Source of the DNA: Nitrosopumilus sp.
GTDB taxonomy: Archaea; Thermoproteota; Nitrososphaeria; Nitrososphaerales; Nitrosopumilaceae
Assembly (NCBI GenBank): GCA_965206745.1
Contig: OZ242220.1
Span: 672,001-736,000 of the forward strand
DNA: 64,000 nucleotides
Direction: 5' to 3'
Numbering within the stretch: the first letter of the stretch is position 1; each line of letters starts with the position of its first letter. Under the pieces are notes generated by a model. It searched no databases. It was not told the DNA's origin and was given only the letters and a program-made list of their open reading frames with translations. The translations under genes and the position numbers were made by a program. Positions 20,597-31,209 of this stretch are shown here, piece after piece.

Positions 20597-21106
20597 AAAT
20601 CTAATTAAAAAAAGGGATATTTAATCTGATAACCATTTCAAAATGAGGCGTGTTTTTTGGTCTGGAATCAACTGTTCTGGCACATCCTGCAGACAAAGAT
20701 TATCGTACAGGCAAAGCTCAAAAACGACAAGATTGTTCAGATATTTGGTAGATATGCTAAGATCAGGAGTAATATCGTGCTAATGCACTATCAAAAACAT
20801 GACAAAGATACGAATCGGTGAAAAATAAGATCAAATGCATGGAAATGCCAAATGATGAACTTGTTATGATTTGAGCAACCTTGTATAATCTTTGAGATAT
20901 ATGTGCAATTACAGAATTCCTGATTAATTGGACCGTAATTCCAAATGAGTAATTTTTGAATCAGAATCTGTATTTCATCCTATATTCATAAAACAACAGA
21001 ATCTTTTTTTGTATAATTTGGAGAAGATTTTGGCATAAAAAGACCTCAATTGGAATGAAAAATATCCTCAGTCGCTTATGGGCGTAAAGCCTACCATGCT
21101 CTGATT

Positions 21107-21490
21107 TTATTCCTTTAGCAAAATTGCGTTGACTATTCCTATCTGCCCTGGTTTTGAAACGACTCTGCATTTTCCTTCTGCTGTTTCAAGAATTGCGCCT
21201 TTTGTAATTATGCCGCGCCTTTTGTAATCGTTGTTTGTGGCATTTTCTAACACTTTGATGATTTTTGATTTCTTTACTTTGGATTCCCCTGTTGCCAAAT
21301 TGACAAAATCAATTGATTTTAAAGCTGTTTTTTGATTACTGCCACGAACTCTTCTTGTTATTGTAACTTGAGCTCCGTTGATTGGCTCATTTGGATATCT
21401 ATCGGTTTCATACTTTCTTCTAATTCTAAGTGGAATTCTTCTCCCACCTGTAATCTTACTAGTTGCTAAATTCTCTACGGATTTTCTCAC
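21107..21490 (-). CDS. rps8e: 30S ribosomal protein S8e
   Basis: KITGG, RVRG.N.K, IITKGAI, SKPGQ.G.VNA; GTG start. Confidence 0.93.
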   Translation of the reverse strand: MRKSVENLATSKITGGRRIPLRIRRKYETDRYPNEPINGAQVTITRRVRGSNQKTALKSIDFVNLATGESKVKKSKIIKVLENATNNDYKRRGIITKGAILETAEGKCRVVSKPGQIGIVNAILLKE

Positions 21491-21555
21491 AAATGATGTC
21501 CGAATCACTCTAATTTATACAAAACGCAAAAAATTAGCCATGAGTTAAAAATTAC

Positions 21556-22128
21556 CTAGTTTACTCCTGATGCGACAGGTGATGGAATTGTCTGCCTGTT
21601 TGCAGTTTTTCTCACTTTGGAGAACAGCCTTTGTTTTAGATCCTCTACATCCCCTTGTATTCCAAAGTATTTTTGGAATTTTTCAGTAGTCGTGAAAATT
21701 TTTAACCGTCCCACGTTTTGATGGCTGATGTAATCTAACTGTCGTAATTCTTTGAGATGCGCATACACTCCAGAACCCCTTGTTTCGACAAGTTGTTTTG
21801 ATGAGATTGGCTGCATGTATGCAATGTAAGATAATGTTTTGAGCGTTGCATTTGGCAGAACCGGCTTTGATGCGTATCTTTTGACAGTAGAGCTGTATTC
21901 TGGTTTTAATTGCATAACATAGGACCCGTCTGGGAGGATTACTATCTCCAATGCCTTGAATGATGATTTTGTCTTTTTCATAATGACTGCAAGCAGTTCC
22001 ATCGTTTTTGTTCTGGATTCTGTGCCTGATGCCCGTATAATGTCCTCAATTCTCAGTGGCCTTCCTGCTGAATAAAGTGCAGCCTCAATTCTGGCAGTTG
22101 CCTCATTTACATTCTCAATCTTTGCCAT
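21556..22128 (-). CDS. scpB: SMC-Scp complex subunit ScpB
   Basis: IEAALY, TLSYIAY.QPI, RG, TTEKF..YFG. Confidence 0.9.
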   Translation of the reverse strand: MAKIENVNEATARIEAALYSAGRPLRIEDIIRASGTESRTKTMELLAVIMKKTKSSFKALEIVILPDGSYVMQLKPEYSSTVKRYASKPVLPNATLKTLSYIAYMQPISSKQLVETRGSGVYAHLKELRQLDYISHQNVGRLKIFTTTEKFQKYFGIQGDVEDLKQRLFSKVRKTANRQTIPSPVASGVN

Positions 22129-22143
22129 CCAATCCGCCTCTGC

Positions 22144-22821
22144 TTAATTTGTCACTCCATCTCTCACGATGATGATTTTTATGTCGTCTCCTACCTGTTC
22201 AAGATCCACCTTTTGTTCTCTTGTCAAAAATAGTGCCGCAAAGAAACATCTGATTGAATCAATCTGATCAAGGTCTGCAATGATATCTTGTAATAATCCA
22301 AATCCAGCTGCGCTAATTTTCTTCATGATGAGATCCTCGTATTTTCCTATGATGCTTTCAAGGGAGATGAAGAAATCTTTGAAATCCGGGGCCTCGATTG
22401 GTTCTATCTCTAATTGCCTATTTCGTCTTGATTGTGGATTTGCAATTGTTCCAATAAGGTTCTGTAACAATCCCAATAAATCGTCTAATGAAACTGGATA
22501 TGTGGACTCGTGCCTATATGGAATGTCTATCATCTCAATATCCACATCTGTTCTTTGATGCATTGGTTTTTTCTCCATTGCTGCTTTTTGTAATGCAAAG
22601 ATACTTTCCACCTTCATTCTGTAAATCAACGACGATGATAATGCTGCCATCCCTGCCACTTTGAGATCTTTCTTGCCTGTTTTTTCAAGAATTTTTATTA
22701 ATAGATTCAAAATCTGAATCAGATCAATCTCCCAAACGTCCTTTTTGACAACTGATGACGGACTAAATAGAATGTTTATGGGTTCCTGAGAAATGCTATT
22801 TGGAATCTGTGATTCGCTCAC
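22144..22821 (-). CDS. scpA: kleisin ScpA
   Basis: DVWEIDL, DLKVAG, F.A.LFL....V.LEQ; adjacent to scpB. Confidence 0.85.
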   Translation of the reverse strand: MSESQIPNSISQEPINILFSPSSVVKKDVWEIDLIQILNLLIKILEKTGKKDLKVAGMAALSSSLIYRMKVESIFALQKAAMEKKPMHQRTDVDIEMIDIPYRHESTYPVSLDDLLGLLQNLIGTIANPQSRRNRQLEIEPIEAPDFKDFFISLESIIGKYEDLIMKKISAAGFGLLQDIIADLDQIDSIRCFFAALFLTREQKVDLEQVGDDIKIIIVRDGVTN

Positions 22822-22915
22822 ATAACCTCTCTTTGATTATTCAATATTATCTAAGGACTCTATTTTTTTCTTACATCCAGTCAACTCTTATATTGTTAAT
22901 GCAGAAAATCCAACT

Positions 22916-23968
22916 ATGAAATCCGCTAGGATCTTAGGTCCCAATGAGCCACTTGCCGTATCTGAAAGCGAGACTCCGAGGCCTCAAGGTGCCCAAGTTC
23001 TAGTCAAAGTAAACTCTGTTGGCGTATGTCATAGTGATTTGCACCTGTGGGAAGGCGGATATGATCTGGGCGATGGCCAATTCATGAAAGTCACCGACAG
23101 AGGAGTAAAATATCCTGTGACTCCTGGTCATGAAATCGTGGGAACTGTGGATGATATCGGGGATGGCGTTTCTGGAATTTCAAAGGGGGATCAGGTTTTA
23201 GTTTTTCCGTGGATTGGCTGTGGAGTATGTCCTGCCTGTAAAGTGGGAAATGAAAATCTATGCGACGCTCCAAGATCTATGGGTGTCTTTCAAGATGGTG
23301 GATATTCTGATTATGCCTTGATCCCAAATTCAAAGTATTTGGCAAAACTTGACGGTGTCGATCCGGATGCTGCTACCTCCCTTGCCTGTTCTGGACTCAC
23401 GGCATACACTGCAATTAAAAAATCAAACCAAAATTCCCCAGAGTTCATTGTGATTGTTGGAGCTGGTGGTTTGGGATTGATGGGCGTACAAATTGCAAAA
23501 GCTATAACCAATGCGAAAATCATCTGTGTCGATTTAGATGACGAAAAATTAAACATGGCCAAATCAATGGGTGCCGACTATACCGTAAACTCCAAAGATC
23601 CTCAAACGGCTCAAAAAATAATGTCTATTTGCAATGATAAAGGCGCAGACAGTGTTGTAGACTTTGTAAATGCTCCTCCAACTGCAAAATTGGACTTTGC
23701 AATCCTTAGAAAGCGGGGCAATTTGGTTCTTGTTGGTTTGTTTGGCGGGTCCATAGAATTATCTCTTGTCACAATTCCTTTAAAATCAATCACTATTCAA
23801 GGTGCATATACTGGAAATTATGATGACATGGTCGAACTACTTGACCTTGCACGAAAAGGAACCATCAACCCTGTAATCTCAAAAAGATATTCTCTAGATG
23901 ATGCAAACGCTGCTCTCGGTGATCTCAAAGCCCGTAAGATCATTGGGCGCGCTGTGATAAACCCCTAG
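22916..23968 (+). CDS. zinc-dependent alcohol dehydrogenase
   Basis: GVCHSD, GHE, CGVCPAC..C, GAGGLG. Confidence 0.93.
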   Translation: MKSARILGPNEPLAVSESETPRPQGAQVLVKVNSVGVCHSDLHLWEGGYDLGDGQFMKVTDRGVKYPVTPGHEIVGTVDDIGDGVSGISKGDQVLVFPWIGCGVCPACKVGNENLCDAPRSMGVFQDGGYSDYALIPNSKYLAKLDGVDPDAATSLACSGLTAYTAIKKSNQNSPEFIVIVGAGGLGLMGVQIAKAITNAKIICVDLDDEKLNMAKSMGADYTVNSKDPQTAQKIMSICNDKGADSVVDFVNAPPTAKLDFAILRKRGNLVLVGLFGGSIELSLVTIPLKSITIQGAYTGNYDDMVELLDLARKGTINPVISKRYSLDDANAALGDLKARKIIGRAVINP

Positions 23969-24091
23969 TTATACGCCACTGTAAAATTTTATGAAAGTAA
24001 TTCAATCCTGCCATTGGATGCTAGAACAGACTGTCAAGATGCAATGCATGCTGAATTTTTAGTTTTGCAGTAATTGGCACTCTTGCATTGC

Positions 24092-24655
24092 CTAGTCTTC
24101 CAATATCCATCCTGATTCCAGTATCTCTTGATCCTCTGGCTCTCCCACATTTGTCGCGTATCTCCAAATCGTGTCCTCATCTGGAATCATCTTGCTTTTG
24201 ATTTTTACAAGTGCCTCAGTTTCAGAATTTAGATTGGCATCTGCACTTGTATGCTCTTTACAAAATTTGCATTTTTGATCAAGAGTGATTGGATCTGATT
24301 CTATCAGCGGGTATGCCGTACATGCAAGAGGCCTCTGATCATATATCCTGCACGGAAATCCTCCGTGTGGTGACTTGTCTCCACTATCTGTATCCAGAAA
24401 TGGACATGTGTTTCCATTTTTTTCTATACCCATTAACTGATATGCCAAAATTTTTGTCGGCAATGTATCTGTGTTTTCAGAGATCCCTATTCTTGGCAAA
24501 ATTTTGATTTCCAATTTATTTCTGATTGCAAGTTCCTCAATCCTTTCCTTCTCTTCTGGAAGAATCAACACTCCTATTTTGCCGAATTTTTTACTTGGAT
24601 AGTACTCCCTTTCTATACAGCACTGAGAGCATTGATCTATACACCTGAACTCCAT
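24092..24655 (-). CDS. YkgJ-family Cys-cluster protein
   Basis: C...C..CC, CPFL, C.IY..RP..C..YP. Confidence 0.85.
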   Translation of the reverse strand: MEFRCIDQCSQCCIEREYYPSKKFGKIGVLILPEEKERIEELAIRNKLEIKILPRIGISENTDTLPTKILAYQLMGIEKNGNTCPFLDTDSGDKSPHGGFPCRIYDQRPLACTAYPLIESDPITLDQKCKFCKEHTSADANLNSETEALVKIKSKMIPDEDTIWRYATNVGEPEDQEILESGWILED

Positions 24656-24762
24656 GCCTTTTTTTTAATCCTGCTTGATAAAAATCTCTTACGTTTGATT
24701 CGTGCTAGTTTCTCTCTTCTGACAATACTATCAGTTATATGCTGATAATAGAAATATTCGGC

Positions 24763-25074
24763 ATGGGTAAGCGCCAAGTAAAAAATGAGAGTGCATTAAA
24801 AGAAATTCGATTGCCTGAGGAGGGTGAACTTTTTGGACGTGTCTTGAAAATGCTCGGAGGGGAAAATGTGATGATAAAATGCGATGACAACATTACTCGA
24901 CGAGGAAGAATCAGAGGCAAACTAAAGAGAAGGGTCTGGATTAGAGATAATGACATTGTAATTATTGCGCCTTGGGATTTCAAAGAGAAGGAGCGTGGGG
25001 ATATCGTTTGGAGATTCACGCTTCCGCAAGTTGAATGGCTCAAAGCACAAAACCACATCCCAAAAGATTTCTAA
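24763..25074 (+). CDS. eif1a: translation initiation factor aIF-1A
   Basis: MLG....C.D...R.GRIRGK, WIR..D.V...PWDF. Confidence 0.93.
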   Translation: MGKRQVKNESALKEIRLPEEGELFGRVLKMLGGENVMIKCDDNITRRGRIRGKLKRRVWIRDNDIVIIAPWDFKEKERGDIVWRFTLPQVEWLKAQNHIPKDF

Positions 25075-25137
25075 CCTTTTACCTAGCTCCCTTCTGATAC
25101 CTTAGTTAATATAGTGAATACATTATCTGGAAATCAA

Positions 25138-25329
25138 ATGGAACAAGGCACCGTAAAATGGTTTAACCGTACAAAGGGCTTTGGTTTTATCGAAAGAGAG
25201 GGTGGAGACGATCTGTTTGTTCACAAATCAGACGTTGACGGATTCATCAACGAAGGCGATAAAGTCGAGTTTGTAGTAGGCGAAGGTCAAAAAGGCCCAG
25301 CAGCACAACAAGTCAAAAAATCAGCATAG
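25138..25329 (+). CDS. csp: cold-shock protein
   Basis: GTVKWFN..KGFGFI, DLFVH, KGPAA. Confidence 0.93.
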   Translation: MEQGTVKWFNRTKGFGFIEREGGDDLFVHKSDVDGFINEGDKVEFVVGEGQKGPAAQQVKKSA

Positions 25330-25869
25330 GCAACAAATTTTTTAATTTAAGATTTCATCTTTGTTTTCTTAAACTAGTCTATCTTTTTCTTATTTTTAAA
25401 ACCGTTCTTCAAAAGACATGCTACCTTGCGTGATAAAACTATCAGTACGATTCAACTTCTTGACGTTCTAGCAAAAGACTATGCAACCTATTTGGGTGGT
25501 AAACTGGATTCAGATTGGTAAACTGCCTAACTCCGTCTTGCAAGACTCATTATTGCAGATTCTCTGTCAGTTCATGAACGCATTCTCTGCTGCCATTTTG
25601 TGGCTTTTTGGAGACATTCCAATTTTGCCAGTTTTTTAGGAGTTGGTTACTCTTTTGCTGCCATGTGATTGTTGCCGTCTCTCTCATACTTGATGGCGAT
25701 CTGCCAATCTTGGAATTATCTCTGGTATTGCTATGGTAAATGGAATCTCACCAGAGTGCCAAACAGGTTAGATTAGCAGAGTATGCACTTGGGGACAAAG
25801 TAAAAAAAATCAAGTTCAAAACTAATGATGGAGAAAAGCCGAGATCTCTCTTTTGCAGTGCTCTGGATT

Positions 25870-26135
25870 CATCTATGCCGGTTCTAATGCGAGTCCAGAC
25901 TGTGCCTTCTCTGCCTAGCCCTTGTATGGAATGCCTTTTTGATATTTTTGTAACTTGTCTCCATTTTTCATCTTACCGTGTATCTGTCTGACCGATTTTC
26001 AAGATCTGTCCTGCCATTGCAATTACGATTTGTTGCAAATACAACGTATCTGTCAGCAATGTTATCTGTCATAGTTACGTTGATCTGCTCCCATGTGATT
26101 AGTGTAATCTCAAATTTGTTGCAGATCTGATAACA
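25870..26135 (-). mobile_element. degraded IS4-superfamily (ISH3-like) transposase fragment; boundaries approximate
   Basis: Minus frame reads DRYVVFATN..DRYTVR*KMETSYKNIK, i.e. the Y(2)R(3)E(6)K motif with the conserved W changed to TGA. Confidence 0.65.
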
Positions 26136-26379
26136 TCATATCTTTTGATGCCTGACATTTCCTTGCACATGTTGCAGATCTGTTTTTTGGTTCAAGACTA
26201 TGTGATGGGCCGACGAGCAAAAGTTCATTGGAGTAGATGTCGTTGTTTACCTTAAGAAAAGGCAATAAAGACAGGGATGAATTTTTGATCGTGAGTTTAT
26301 CCCATCGGTGCATTATTGTCTTGTGACTGTTTTCATAGGTATGGGATATCAAAGTTTGATGTCTGAATTTGATTGGCAG

Positions 26380-26503
26380 TCCCGTGGGGCGGAATTGAAC
26401 CACCGACAACCCGGTTTCTGTATGCCTGATATGCTGTTTTTCGGTCAGCCATCTAAAGCCAACAACTACAGCCGGAAGCTCTACCAGGCTGAGCTACCAC
26501 GGG
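26380..26503 (-). tRNA. tRNA-Tyr(GTA) with 50-nt intron (26416-26465) at position 37/38
   Basis: CCCGTGG/CCACGGG acceptor stem, CT-GTA-G loop, GGTTCAATTCC T-arm; bulge-helix-bulge (ctgt/acag with 3-nt bulges); 74 nt mature. Confidence 0.93.
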
Positions 26504-26611
26504 ACAAAAAAACGAAGGTATCTACTATTAAAAAACTATCGTAGATGTTTTAGATGTTGATCGTCATGATCTCTATAGGCATAAATAGCCTGAAAATATT
26601 TTCAAGATATC

Positions 26612-27223
26612 TTGTCTGAACTGAAACTGTCTTACTCTGGATATGTGTGTGCACCGTATCTACACGATCATGAATCTGTCGAATTGAAGGAAACTTGGAT
26701 TAATTCTAAAAACATTGAAAAACTGTACTTTGTTACAGGAACTTTTTCTAGTGAAAGCAAACCGTATTTTTCTGATTCGACCAACCATTACATTTTAGCA
26801 AAATTCAAAGACAGCCAACACATCACAAAAGATCTTTCCGTTCATAACCAGAAGAAGACCTCTTTTGTCTTTAACATCAAAGATGGCCTCTTCCAAAGGG
26901 AAGTTCAGGGCGATACAAACTTTGTCTCCATTTATTATCTGGAATACGGGGATAATGGAGATGATTTTCAAGAAATTGCAAATCTTTTACTAAAAAGAGA
27001 CAAAATTGAGATTGCAGGACTGGGAAACATGAACACATATTGTTTAAACCCTTCAAAATTCACGTTTCCTTACTCTGAAAATATTGTAGTAATTGAAGTT
27101 GCAAGTGAAAAAAGTCATCAGAGCGTAAAAAAGTATTGTGATCAAACTCGACGTGATATTAATCGAAAAGGAATGACAATGACTAATTTGATGAGTCTTT
27201 CAATTCTTGATGTGTTAAAGTAG
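26612..27223 (+). CDS. hypothetical protein
   Basis: 203-aa ORF with TATA-like ataaata upstream. Confidence 0.7.
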   Translation: MSELKLSYSGYVCAPYLHDHESVELKETWINSKNIEKLYFVTGTFSSESKPYFSDSTNHYILAKFKDSQHITKDLSVHNQKKTSFVFNIKDGLFQREVQGDTNFVSIYYLEYGDNGDDFQEIANLLLKRDKIEIAGLGNMNTYCLNPSKFTFPYSENIVVIEVASEKSHQSVKKYCDQTRRDINRKGMTMTNLMSLSILDVLK

Positions 27224-27256
27224 AAAAGTTAAATATTCGACCAAAAACTGTTTGTC

Positions 27257-27667
27257 ATGAGTAAGCCATCTGATCTTGGTTCTTTGAAAATTGGATCTTA
27301 CATTCTGTTGCCCCATTCAGATCAACCTAGTGGGGAACCTTGCAGAATTGTAGAATATGATACTTCAAAGCCTGGCAAACACGGTGCAGCTAAAGCTAGA
27401 ATTGTCGGTGAAGGAATTTTTGATGGTCAAAAAAGACCACATGTAGGCCCTGTCAGCATGCAAATCCACATACCGATGATTAACAAAAAAGTTGGTCAAA
27501 TCATTTCGATTAACGGTGATACAGTTCAAGTCATGGATTCTGAATCCTTTGAGACCCTTGACGTTTCTTTGATTGATGATGAAGTCAAAGGCAAGTTAGA
27601 AAATGGTCAAAACGTGGAATATTGGGTTGTAATGGATAGAACTAAAATAATGCGCATTAAGAGCTAA
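27257..27667 (+). CDS. eif5a: translation factor aIF-5A
   Basis: Hypusine loop SKPGKHGAAK. Confidence 0.95.
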   Translation: MSKPSDLGSLKIGSYILLPHSDQPSGEPCRIVEYDTSKPGKHGAAKARIVGEGIFDGQKRPHVGPVSMQIHIPMINKKVGQIISINGDTVQVMDSESFETLDVSLIDDEVKGKLENGQNVEYWVVMDRTKIMRIKS

Positions 27668-27670
27668 TGT

Positions 27671-27736
27671 GGATGCTGATGATTATCGGAAAAGCCGTCT
27701 GATTTTATGATGACGATTATGAGTATTGAAGCATCC
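27671..27736 (+). ncRNA. box C/D methylation-guide sRNA
   Basis: ggatgc/gcatcc terminal stem; TGATGA (C), CTGA (D'), ATGATGA (C'), TTGA (D); T-run after. Confidence 0.85.
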
Positions 27737-27784
27737 CTTTTCAACAAACTTAAAAAATTTGTTGGATTGAATATTTTTTAGATC

Positions 27785-28474
27785 ATGAAATTAGCTTCCC
27801 TCTTTTCTGGTGGAAAAGATAGCACATATGCGATTTATGCTGTTCAAAAACAAGGCCATACAGTAAAATGTCTGTTGAGTATCTTCCCCAAATCTGATGA
27901 AAGCCACTTGTTGCATTATCCAAACATGAAATGGACAAAGCTACAATCAGAATCCATGAGCATCCCACAACTATCTGTCACTTCAAATTCTGATGAAACC
28001 GATGATGAGTTGTCTCTTATTGAAAATTTACTGCAGGATGCAAAAGATCAGTTCCAAATAGAGGGGCTGGTTCATGGTGGAATAAAAAGTAAATTTCAAA
28101 AAGATAAATTTGAAAATGTCTGCTCAAAATTAAATTTGACTGTTATTGCGCCTTTATGGGATGCCGATCCGGAACTTTACATGGATGAACTAATTGATTC
28201 AAAGTTTGATTTCATTATGACTGCTGTCTCCTCTGACGGGTTGGATGATTCTTGGCTGGGCAAATCTATTTCAAAATCCGACATGCTCTCATTGAAGCAA
28301 CTGTCTGAAAAATTTGGTTTTAATTTAAATTTTGAAGGTGGTGAGGCTGAAACATTTGTAACTAATTGCCCCATCTTTGCTAATCGGATCAAAATTAATC
28401 AATCTGAAAAAAAATGGGACGGATATAGAGGAAGGTTTGAAATAGTAGATGCGAGATTGAATTTCAATGCTTGA
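27785..28474 (+). CDS. diphthine--ammonia ligase family PP-loop ATPase
   Basis: SGGKDS, PLW, EGGEAET.V. Confidence 0.85.
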   Translation: MKLASLFSGGKDSTYAIYAVQKQGHTVKCLLSIFPKSDESHLLHYPNMKWTKLQSESMSIPQLSVTSNSDETDDELSLIENLLQDAKDQFQIEGLVHGGIKSKFQKDKFENVCSKLNLTVIAPLWDADPELYMDELIDSKFDFIMTAVSSDGLDDSWLGKSISKSDMLSLKQLSEKFGFNLNFEGGEAETFVTNCPIFANRIKINQSEKKWDGYRGRFEIVDARLNFNA

Positions 28475-29795
28475 AGGTCTTAAGAGTAGTCTCGGGGATG
28501 CAATCAAAAAAATTGTAAAGTCTTCAAGCATAGACGAGGAATTAATCAAAGAATTATCCAGAGATGTTGGAAGAGCCTTGCTGAGATCTGACGTGGATGC
28601 CCACCTTGTTGTTGAAATTACAGGACATCTAGAACAGCGTGCCCTAAATGAGATTCCTCCCCCTGGGCTATCTAGAAAAGATCACATTGTAAAGATACTG
28701 TATGATGAACTTTCAAAATTACTTGGGAGTGAATCTGAATTTGACTTTAAACCTGGGCAACAAAATAAGGTTGTCTTACTTGGAATTCAAGGCAGTGGTA
28801 AAACCACTATTACATCAAAACTGGCAAAATTTCTAACCGACCAGGGACACAAAGTTGGAGTTATAGGTGCTGATACCTACAGGCCCGGCGCATTGGTCCA
28901 ATTAAAAACAATGTGTGAAAAGTCAAATGTTGAAGTATATGGTGAGGAAAACAACAAGGATTCCCCCAACATTGTGAAGAACGGCCTTAAACATTTTGCA
29001 GGTCAACCGTTGGATGTTGTCCTAATTGATACTGCCGGACGTCATAAAGAAGAGCAAGACCTTCTTGAGGAAATGGAGAGAATTAATCAGGCAGCAGATC
29101 CTGACTTGGCTTTGCTTGTAATTGATGGCACTATTGGACAACAATGTTCCAATCAAGCTAAGGCGTTTCACAAAACCATCCCCGTAGGCGGTGTCATTAT
29201 CACTAAACTGGATAGTTCTGCAAAGGGCGGCGGTGCACTTGCGGCTTCGGCGGCTACCGGTGCACAAATAATGTACATCGGAACTGGCGAGAGAATAGAC
29301 GATTTGGAAAAATTCTCCCCCACTAGATTTGTTGGGCGATTACTTGGCATGGGTGACATTCAGGCCATATTGGATTTAGCTAAACGATTAGAAGACGAAG
29401 GCGATGACGTTAGAATGAAGAGAATCTATGGTGGGAAAATGAACATGGATGATTTCTTTTACCAGCTTGAAGAGGTTAACAAGGTTGGTTCTATGCAGGG
29501 ATTTCTTGACAGCATGCCTGGTCTGTCTGGAATGGTAAAAGGTGATCAGGTAGATCAAATGGAGAACAAAGTCTCAAAATGGCGATATGTCATTCAAAGC
29601 ATGACCGACGCAGAAAAAGCAGATCCAGATTTATTGAAGAGTTCGAGAATCAAAAGAATCGCTCGTGGCTCTGGTTGGCCAGAAAGTGACGTCAAGGAGT
29701 TGATCAAAACCTATAACAGTTCTAAGACCATGATGAAGAACTCCAAAGGCCGTCAAATGCAAGGAACTCTTAGAAAAATGGGCTTGGGCAGTTAA
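28467..29795 (+). CDS. srp54: signal recognition particle protein SRP54
   Basis: GIQGSGKTT, DTAGRH, TKLD, Met-rich M domain SRIKRIARGSG. Confidence 0.95.
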   Translation: MLEGLKSSLGDAIKKIVKSSSIDEELIKELSRDVGRALLRSDVDAHLVVEITGHLEQRALNEIPPPGLSRKDHIVKILYDELSKLLGSESEFDFKPGQQNKVVLLGIQGSGKTTITSKLAKFLTDQGHKVGVIGADTYRPGALVQLKTMCEKSNVEVYGEENNKDSPNIVKNGLKHFAGQPLDVVLIDTAGRHKEEQDLLEEMERINQAADPDLALLVIDGTIGQQCSNQAKAFHKTIPVGGVIITKLDSSAKGGGALAASAATGAQIMYIGTGERIDDLEKFSPTRFVGRLLGMGDIQAILDLAKRLEDEGDDVRMKRIYGGKMNMDDFFYQLEEVNKVGSMQGFLDSMPGLSGMVKGDQVDQMENKVSKWRYVIQSMTDAEKADPDLLKSSRIKRIARGSGWPESDVKELIKTYNSSKTMMKNSKGRQMQGTLRKMGLGS

Positions 29796-29813
29796 TTAAA
29801 ATTCCAGACAGGC

Positions 29814-30950
29814 ATGTCTAACTATCAACAAATCGTTCCCATAGCGAACAAAATTCTTAAAAAATACGATTTATGTGATCATTGCTTAGGCAGACTGTTC
29901 TCCAAACAATTGCGTCTATCTTCCAATAAGCTGCTTGGGAAGAAACTAAACCAAAATTCCATGGAAAAATGCTATGTGTGTAGGGATCTCTTTGACGGCC
30001 TTGATCATTTCTTAAAGTTGATGCTTGAGGCATCATCTGGTTACTCTTTTAAAACATTCAGTGTCGGTGCTATGATAAAGCCCTCCATTATAGACAGGGA
30101 CGATTCCATCAGATCACAATACAAACTAAAAGGCATTGATAGCATTAAAACTGACATTACAAGAGAACTGGGAAAATTCTACTCTAAACGGACCAAAAAA
30201 ACAATTGATCATCTGGATCCTGAAATTACATTTACAGTCAATTTGAAAGACGAGTCATGCGAACTGCGTTCAAAATCCATCACTCTTTTTGGAAGGTATG
30301 TCAAGTCTGAAAGGGGAATCCTGCAAAAACAAAAAGCGTGCGATAACTGTTCCGGTAAAGGGTGCAGGGCTTGTGATTTTCATGGTATTGCAGAATTTGA
30401 CAGTGTTGAGGGTAAAATCTCCAAATTAATTTTTAAAAAGTTTGGTGGAACAACTGCAAAATTTACTTGGATCGGAGGTGAGGATAAATCCAGCCTAGTT
30501 TTGGGAACCGGGCGTCCATTTTTTGTCAAAATCCAAAACCCATCAAAAAGGAATGCAAAGTTGCCTGATGTAACAGTTGACTCAGTTAAAATCAGCCACT
30601 TAAAATTTGTCTACGAATCTCCAAAAAATCCCCTGAAATTCAATTCCACCATCAGTGTAAAAATATCTACTGAATCTCAGGTTGATTTAAAAAAATTAAA
30701 AAAACTAAACGATCTCCTTATCAACCCTGTGGTAGTTTATGACAGGTCTGGAAAACGATCTGAGAAGAAAATTCTTGATGTAAAATTTAAAAAAAATTCA
30801 AAGAACATGTTCACCCTCACTATCAAGGCTGAGGGGGGCTTGCCAATCAAACGATTTGTCGTTGGTGATCAAGTTACTTCCGGAATCTCACAAATTCTCG
30901 ATACTCCATGTGTATGCCAAGAATTTGATTTTTTGGATATTGAAGTGTGA
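29814..30950 (+). CDS. pus10: tRNA pseudouridine(54/55) synthase Pus10
   Basis: LCD.CLGR, THUMP-like region, GRYVK..R...Q, GGED...LGTGRPF, EGGL.IK. Confidence 0.8.
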   Translation: MSNYQQIVPIANKILKKYDLCDHCLGRLFSKQLRLSSNKLLGKKLNQNSMEKCYVCRDLFDGLDHFLKLMLEASSGYSFKTFSVGAMIKPSIIDRDDSIRSQYKLKGIDSIKTDITRELGKFYSKRTKKTIDHLDPEITFTVNLKDESCELRSKSITLFGRYVKSERGILQKQKACDNCSGKGCRACDFHGIAEFDSVEGKISKLIFKKFGGTTAKFTWIGGEDKSSLVLGTGRPFFVKIQNPSKRNAKLPDVTVDSVKISHLKFVYESPKNPLKFNSTISVKISTESQVDLKKLKKLNDLLINPVVVYDRSGKRSEKKILDVKFKKNSKNMFTLTIKAEGGLPIKRFVVGDQVTSGISQILDTPCVCQEFDFLDIEV

Positions 30951-31074
30951 CGTGACTGTCTCTTTTTTGATACTCTCTCATCATGATACCCTACTAATCC
31001 CTACATGATGGGCAATCTCATCTCGTGGCGTAACAATTCTCTTGATATTGTGATGCATCTGTTATAATCTGCAT

Positions 31075-31209
31075 GTGCAAAGAAGAAACAAATGGCATCA
31101 GGATACTGTATCTTTGGCCTGGGTGATCCTGGTGTTTCCAGTACTGCTGATTCTGATGCTTTTTGGGTGTTTTTGGCCTTTTCCTGATTGCAAATTCATT
31201 CCTATTTGA
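31075..31209 (+). CDS. candidate 44-aa single-TM microprotein
   Basis: GTG..TGA: MQRRNKWHQDTVSLAWVILVFPVLLILMLFGCFWPFPDCKFIPI. Confidence 0.3.
   Translation: MQRRNKWHQDTVSLAWVILVFPVLLILMLFGCFWPFPDCKFIPI

Noticed and set aside
20640-20860. Possible decayed small membrane gene or hairpin
   Set aside because: Needs a frameshift and a stop to read, with no family match I can name
21040-21106. Possible sRNA after rps8e (16S-like gggcgtaaagc)
   Set aside because: No coherent box set on either strand; short match is expected by chance
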